Shown here piece after piece: positions 57,601 through 64,000 of a stretch of 64,000 bases of DNA; within the stretch, counting starts at the first letter, position 1, and every line of letters begins with the position of its first letter. The stretch is from Octopus vulgaris (taxonomy: Eukaryota). The stretch covers positions 95,418,001 to 95,482,000 of the forward strand of contig OX597824.1 of NCBI GenBank assembly GCA_951406725.2. The letters run 5' to 3'. The notes below the pieces were generated by a model, which had not been told where the DNA came from, ran no database searches, and saw only the letters and a program-made list of their open reading frames with translations. The position numbers and the translations under genes were made by a program.

Positions 57601-60600
57601 TGTTTTGCCTATGACCCCCTTTGATTGTTGTTTTTACTCTACTGGTCCCCCATAGCCATTTGATGTTTACAGAAGTCTTATATTTTTATAATTGAATATT
57701 ATTAGGAATTGTATAAAGAAAAACTGTTGAAATATTTTGTTTTTTGTAGAAGTGTAACCAATTTATTGCAGATAAATTTTTTAACAAGAAAATATTGTAT
57801 GGGTTGAGAACCACTGTTTTAGAGGCTGTCATGGTTACCCAGTGGTCAGCTCCATCTGAAAAGGAGACCCTGTAGTTAATGTTTTGTGTATTGGTTGAAA
57901 GGAAATACTAAAACTGTGGCATAATAATAATGATGATCCTCATCATTGTCCTTGTAATCACCATCACCACCATCACCACCATCATCACCATCACCACCAT
58001 CATCATTAACAGAAGCATTGTCATTTTCATTATTTGCCTTGTAATCCTCATTATCATTATCAATATCATTACAAGGGGGTGCTGAAAAGTTCCTGGCTTT
58101 AAGGATATTGTGAAAGGGCTGGTTGTAGGCCCAACCTTCCCAATTTTTTTTTTTTTTACAGGACCTAGAAAAACTGAAGGACCACTGCAATAAGTGTGTG
58201 AACTTGAGAAGGGAACATGTTGAATAAAACCATAATTAACTGATCCTCCTGTATTTTCTTTTACCCAAAGCCAGGAAATTTTTCAGCACCCCCTTGTCAC
58301 TGAAAGGTTTCTTTTTTTTTGCTGGCCTACCACCATCAGCATCAAAATCATCATAGCATCTATTTTCTGGCATGGATTGGACAGGTCTGCACTGCAGCAG
58401 GTCATCACTCCTCTTCATACTGTGTCATCTTATCTGTGAGCTCCATCTTGACAGCTCATCTCATTACTACTTCTCCCGTTTTCCTTTGTTTTCTTATCTA
58501 GTCCTTAATTGCGGTTAACGAATAGCTAAGTTCAATCATTATATCAAGGAATACTTCTTACCGTCAAATCCAGTAGATTTAGTCCTGTGTTGTCATTGTT
58601 GTTGATGGCATTGACAAGGGAAATGGCTCCTGTTGTGCTAATTGGATTCTTACCTAACTGAAACAGGGGGGAAATAAGGGAGATAAAGTTTCAGTGAGAT
58701 TTATTTATCAGTGGAAAAGACAAAGGAAATCAATATGAATTGTAGCAGGGAAACATCAGCAGTGTCCCAAACACCAGCTCACTGCCTAGAAATTGAACCT
58801 GAAGTCACTGTGCTCAGCTGTGAAAATAACTGTAATCACCCAACAAGATTTTGTCAGCAACAAACCATTCAGGTCCCTACTAAACACATGAAGAATGTGT
58901 TTTATCAGTAGCTGGGCTGACTGGCAAAGCAACAATACAGCCAGCAGAATACTTGACTGGTTAGAATCTCAGTTGTAGTAAACAACCTAACCATTTGGGG
59001 ATAAATATAGAGGGATGTTATTAACGATTTTGTCTTTGGTGCCTTTTCTTTGACAGACCCTTGGGTGTATTCAGAGATGGTTTGTCTGGTAACTTTCAGT
59101 GATTATAACAGCTCAAATCAGCTGCTGTGAGAACTTACACCACTCACTTGACTATGGAATTCAACAACTTTTACAATCCTGCTGACAAACATCTCTGGTG
59201 GACACACATGAATGGTTTCACTTGGTGTAAATATCTGTCATCATCACAATGACATTTTTTTTTTAATGGTAAATAGATATTTTTGTTGTGTCTGGGGAGA
59301 GTCATTTTCTTTTTGTGCCTTATGTAACACACCGGTAAAATTTCCACTTTTTTCTTATTTTTATTTTCCTATTTTTGGACAGTCAAAACTATTGAAAAGG
59401 TTGCAAGACGCAACACAAATTTTAGGAAAATAAAAATAAGAAAAATGTGGAAATTTTACTGGTGTGTGTGTTAAATTATAAGGCACAAAAAGAAAATGAC
59501 TCTCCCCAGACACAACAGAATATGCTTCAACACACGAACTCACAAAGAATCTTGCAAACCAAATCCAAAAACGAAATATATTTTTGTGTTTGGATTTCAA
59601 AGTCTTTTTTTTCTCTTTTGTTAATTGACCAAATATTTTGTTCATTACAGGAAATATAAAAGCACTTATGGAAAGATTGAATGAAAAAAGTTGCAACTTT
59701 TAAATACTGTTGGGAAGTGTATGAAATGATTCAAGAAGTCTGGGCTGGCTCTAAGCAAAATAAGCAAACAAAGAACCTCAAAACACATACAAAAACATGT
59801 ATATACAGATATACACACTCATGATTGTGAGGTTTACAGTCTACAGATATATCTATCCCTCATGCAGTGCATCTAGAGTATGGTTTCTACAGCTCGATGC
59901 CTTTCCTAATACCAACCACTACGTATGTAATTGCAAGAAATAGTAGCCAAAGTTCTCTCAAATTACACCCTGTCATTAATAAGAGAAAAAATAGGGACAC
60001 ACTGGATAAAGTAATTCTAGATACACTATGACAAAACGAAACTAAATGGTTACAATTAGAATTACGTAAGGCAGCGGTGAGCTGGCAGAGACGTTAGCAC
60101 ACCGGGCGAAATGCTTAGTGGTATTTCGTCTGCGTTACGTTGTGAGTTTGAATTCCGCCGAGGTCGACTTTGCCTTTCATCCTTTCGGGGTCGATAAATT
60201 AAGTATCAGTTACGCACTGGGGTCGATGTAATCGACTTAATACCTATGTCTGTCCTTGTTTAGCCCCTTGTGGGTAATAAAGAAATAGGTTACAATTAGA
60301 ATTACCTGTAAATATTTGTATTCTACCTTAAGTTCTAGATGAACACCAATTGAGTATGTACCTCACCAGTGTAGGAGGCTGTGGAAAGACCATGGTACCA
60401 TCTCTCTAACTAAACTAAAAGAAATAAAATGGCCTTTGTAGCTGGCGAGCTTTCCTATGGGAGAAGCAGAGTTATGTACCTTGACACAAAGTCAAAACAC
60501 AACAGCCTAGTGAAGTTTTAAATGTGTCGAAGTGTATACAAATATACACACTGTACACGTGTATGAGTATGTTTATTTGTGTTTTTATATATATAAACAC

Positions 60601-63600
60601 AAATAAACATGTAATTTGTAAGGTTTTCTCTGCAAAATTGGGTATTTAACCCTTTTGTTACTGTATTTATTTTGAGATGCTCTGTGTTTCTTTCAATTAC
60701 TTTAAATATAACAAAGAATTTAGTAAAATAACTTAGTTATCATTTAGCTAGTGTTAGGAACATAAATTGTGACTAAGGTTTGGTGGAAGATTTTAATTGT
60801 GGAAGATTCAAAACTTATGAAAACAAGACATTTGTACTCAGAGCCAGTTTCAACTGGGTTGGTAACGAAAGGGTTAACAGTGGAGCCAGTGAAAGATTAG
60901 ATGTTTTCATCCCTACTTTCCTTTATATATCTATATATATATATACACACACACTAGCCTCAAATGTAAGATACATAAATGTGTACCACCCTGAGATACA
61001 CGAGTTTCTGGTGTGTATTACTACTCTGAACTTCATAAACACACTGAAAAGTTTAAAATATTACTTTAAATATTATTAGACCATGCAATAGAAATGAACT
61101 TACCTGTAATATCTGAAGGGTTTCATTGACTAAGAGGGATTTAGCAATTTTCTCTATACAACTGTCTGTCAATCTGTTGGCAGTGAGGTTTAATTCTTGT
61201 AAAGTTGTGTTGTGAATGAGGGCCTCTGCTATCTCAAAACCTCCTTCAATACCGAAGCCATTGAAAGCCAAGTTGCATCTTTTTAATCGAACATTGTCCT
61301 TTAATAAAGCAAAGTTAATGAATCAACATTAAGGATCAACAAGACATAGGGAACAGACTGAATTGCGCATAGGTATGGCTGTGTGATGAAGAAGTTCACT
61401 ACCTAACCATATGGTTCCAGGTTCAGGTCCACTGCATGGCACCTACAGCATCTACTATAGCCCCAAATCGACCAAAGCCGTGAGTGGATTTGGTAGATGG
61501 AAACTGACAGCAGTCTCTCTCTATATGTATGTGTGTGTGTGCGGAGGCACATAGTCTAGTGGTTAGAGCAGCGGACTCATGGTTGAGGGATTGCGAGTTT
61601 GAATCTCAGAACGGGCGATGTGTGTGGTTATGAGCGAAACACCTAAGCTCCACGCAGCTCCGGCAGAAGGTAATGGCAAACTTCTGATGACTCTTTCTCC
61701 ACAACTTCCTCTCTCTTTCCTCTTGCAGCTTAAAAAGGAAGTCACATAGGATAACGTGATCCTTGGTCTACTTGATCAAAACAGCTCTGGGTTCTGGACT
61801 CTGATAACCATTTACGCATCATGGAAAAGAGATGTGTAAAGCAGTTTGCTTTACACATCTAATATATGTTTTGACTGCCAAGTAATTAAGTCACGTAGAT
61901 CAGTGTGTCACAACCGGTACGCTGTGGCACTCTAGTGTGCCATGAGACAATGCTAAATGTGCCACAATGTAACCTGAATATAATTTTTTTCCCTCTAATT
62001 TTTTGTTATATTTTTAGTTCAGGTATGCTGTTCAATTTTGAATTTTATGGGATCCATTTCTATTTCCATGTATTTTGGTACGGCATTAAAGAGATCTGGA
62101 CCAGGTGAGGTAAAGTAGTTGTGGCATAATGTTGTTATGTGTCCAGAGTTCGATCCTAGATACATACAGCTTGTCTGACAAAACAAAGTGGTAAGATGGT
62201 CATGATTGGAATCCTTTTGATCATTGACCTGCTTGATCATGACTGACCTGGGGCTAAACCATAATACTACACTTCTACCTTTTACAATCTTATACTCTTT
62301 TACTTGTTTCAGTCATTTGACTGTGGCCATGCTGGGGCACCACCTTTAGTCAAGCAAATTGACCTCAGGACTTATTCTTTGTAAGCCTAGTACTTATTCT
62401 ATCAGTCTCTTTTGCCGAACCGCTAAGTTACAGGGACATAAACACACCAGCATCGGTTGTCAAGCGATGTTGGGTGGACAAACATAATACGACAGGCTTC
62501 TTTCAGTTTCCTTCTACCAAATCCACTCATAAGGCTTTGGTCAGCCAGAGGCTATAGCAGAAGACACTTGCCCAAGGTGCCATGCAGTGGGACTGAACCT
62601 AGAACCATGTGGTTGGTAAGCAAGCTACTTACCACACAGCCACTCCTATGCCTATACACTATAAATTCAAATATAGAGATTTGTATTTACAAACCCGAAG
62701 CCCTTTGCCAATCGCAATGGCACCTCTCAGTCGGATGTAGTTCCACGACAGGTCAAATTGCTGCAGATATTCATTGGAGCCTGTGAAAAGAAGGAGAAGA
62801 ACATGGAAAATTCTGGCTTTTGTTTTATTTTCAATATTTTGACAAGTTTCTATATTTTGGTGTTAAGGACTCACGAGATAATGTCTTAGATGTAGAATGT
62901 ATGAAAATATGAAGGGATGGTCGTAACTGGAATGGTTTTGATGAATCACAAACTTGTCTTATTTGGGGTTGATCTGAGATTAAAAAACAACAACAAAGCT
63001 TGAACTAATGAGGACAGCTACTCTAGGGAGTAACTCGACCTGCTAGAAGTAGCAGCCAGATTTCTCTCTCTCTCAATCATGACTTGCCCCGTTAGAAAAG
63101 AAGTGATGGTACATTTGATAATGTAGTCCTTGATGTATTTTACCTGTATCTCAATTTCTCTTGAGAAAGACAGCATAATACACTATTATATAGAGATCGA
63201 AGAAGGGAGCCTCTACATAGCTATTTGACTTTTAGATACAGTAGCCCAAGCTTTCCTCAAATCATATCTTACTGTCTTTTTTTTATATATATCTTACTGT
63301 TTTTTAATGTTTCACTCAGGGAAGCTGGTTTGTTAAACAGTCAAAATAAGGAGGTTTTGTAACAGTTAAATGGTTAAAATAAGGTTTTGTAAAAGTAAAC
63401 ATTGAAAAAATATTTTTTGAATAACAGGATGTACAGAACCAGCAGATAAATGAACCCTGATAAAGTATTTATTCCTAAGATATTGTTTTAAAACATTAAT
63501 TACTTGTAACAAATAAGTACTATGTAATATCATGGATTTTGTAAATGTTGGGGGGTGCATTTTTGTGGCTTGTCCCAGGCACGGTTTACCCTAGCTACAC

Positions 63601-63790
63601 CACTGCTTATCATTCACCCATGCACCTTCACTGGAGTCTAGACCAACTGACTATATTGGCCCCTTAGCAACAGCTGAAGAAAGGACCCATGTTAGAGGAT
63701 CTACTTACCTATTGCTACACCGAATATCTCTCCGCCATTTTCACCAAGTCTGTTTTTGCTCAAGTCGATGCTTTCTAAATATTTATTTTT
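51484..63790 (-). CDS. LRRC74A/B-like leucine-rich-repeat protein with C-terminal degenerate EF-hands; 5'-partial, 7 exons, 957 nt in window
   Basis: RI-type LRRs (IDLSKNRLG, FDLSWNYIR, CNLAFNGFG, LNLTANRLT, LQLGKNPIS) followed by EF-hand-like DTEGNFTITPEDF and KKGSGKIYF; all junctions GT-AG and in phase. Confidence 0.8.
53770..54140 (+). mobile_element. tRNA-derived SINE with internal (TA/TG)n, multi-copy
   Basis: A-box TGGCTGTGTGG and tail TGACTGAAACAAGTAAA; copies at 2132, 21690, 28578-28999, 33826, 38178, 39483, 45477-45870, 62294-62653. Confidence 0.85.
54430..55137 (-). mobile_element. RTE-clade LINE reverse transcriptase fragment (stops and frameshifts)
   Basis: MKTGKAPGPSGI, FGFVPGKSTTDAIF, FIDMEKAFDRV motifs. 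Confidence 0.9.
55186..55271 (-). CDS. LRRC74-like exon (ECALEIDTKDLMQTLKAIAKKGSGKIYF)
   Basis: tggcag/gtaagt on minus; second degenerate EF-hand. Confidence 0.75.
56360..56740 (+). mobile_element. Possible RTE-like LINE 5' end (GC-rich 5' UTR plus start of AP endonuclease)
   Basis: GC-rich leader followed by degenerate TAL...ARY.ID-like coding sequence. Confidence 0.4.
56877..57158 (-). CDS. LRRC74-like exon (DVSVEYEFLRIV...YDTEGNFTITPEDFIEAVK)
   Basis: tcgcag/gtagga on minus; 94 open codons; EF-hand-like loop. Confidence 0.85.
57244..57455. mobile_element. Merlin-like MITE (212 bp)
   Basis: 32-bp TIRs GGCGATCTTTCGGTACAAGTACCA(G/T)AACTGCC; degenerate 8-bp TSD caaaaatg/taaaaata. Confidence 0.75.
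58562..58657 (-). CDS. LRRC74-like exon (LGKNPISTTGAISLVNAI...LLDLT)
   Basis: tttcag/gtaaga on minus; phase 0-0. Confidence 0.88.
59280..59520. mobile_element. Penelope-like element remnant with inverted partial terminal repeat
   Basis: 59280-59371 is an inverted copy of 59422-59517; degenerate hammerhead motif at 59389-59425. Confidence 0.55.
60069..60289 (+). mobile_element. tRNA-derived SINE with Meta/MESC-like core; young insertion
   Basis: A/B boxes; core GACTTTGCCTTTCATCCTTTCGGGGTCGATAAATTAAGTA; 18-bp TSD GGTTACAATTAGAATTAC. Confidence 0.85.
60646..60877 (+). mobile_element. piggyBac-like TTAA MITE, family B
   Basis: TTAACCCTTTTGTTAC...GTAACGAAAGGGTTAA. Confidence 0.8.
61104..61298 (-). 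CDS. LRRC74-like exon (DNVRLKRCNLAFNGFG...NETLQILQ)
   Basis: ttaaag/gtaagt on minus; two LRRs. Confidence 0.92.
62695..62780 (-). CDS. LRRC74-like exon (SNEYLQQFDLSWNYIRLRGAIAIGKGLR)
   Basis: tcacag/gtttgt on minus; DLSWNxxR.GA repeat typical of LRRC74. Confidence 0.9.
63709..63790 (-). CDS. LRRC74-like exon (KNKYLESIDLSKNRLGENGGEIFGVAI)
   Basis: ctacag/gtaagt on minus; LRR consensus. Confidence 0.88.
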
Positions 63791-64000
63791 CTGTAGAAAA
63801 AAGAACGCAAGAACTCAATCAGTCAACGAATATTTTCCAATGCCAAACTTTCTTTATTTTATCTCATTTGCAGAGAAGGAACAAGAAGCAACTGCAGACA
63901 TTGTGAGAGTGGTGGTGATGAGGGGGGATGGAAGTTGTTGTTTCCCCCATCAAGTTAGAATTTATTGAGCAGACCTATGACTAAAGGCATTCCATTTATG

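Noticed and set aside
60569-60610. 42-bp AT-rich near-palindrome
   Set aside because: Low complexity, centred on (TA)n; most likely a slippage or template-switch product

Overview
AT-rich, repeat-dense eukaryotic genomic DNA. Its SINE and MITE families look typical of an octopus (coleoid cephalopod) genome; that assignment is inferred. Three spliced protein-coding genes can be reconstructed by hand. (1) PARP1 on + (1012-31222): 23 exons in this window, 860 codons from the second zinc finger to the stop, with the 5' end outside the window. (2) A complete 6-exon LIN52 (DREAM/MuvB subunit, 116 aa) on + (40468-50933). (3) The 3' part of an LRRC74-like LRR/EF-hand gene on - (63790-51484), convergent with LIN52. 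Introns and intergenic DNA are filled with tRNA-derived and RTE-tailed SINEs, RTE and CR1 LINE fragments, Tc1/mariner remnants, and piggyBac-, hAT-, Merlin- and Helentron-like MITEs. The most notable observations are: a U12-type (minor spliceosome) intron splitting the PARP1 catalytic glutamate codon; four minimal type-I hammerhead-ribozyme-like motifs in three repeat families with different 3-8 core pairs; apparent relocation of the PARP1 caspase site; several long intronic fold-backs; and PARP1-LIN52-LRRC74 linkage. Most ORFs in the supplied track are repeat-derived noise.
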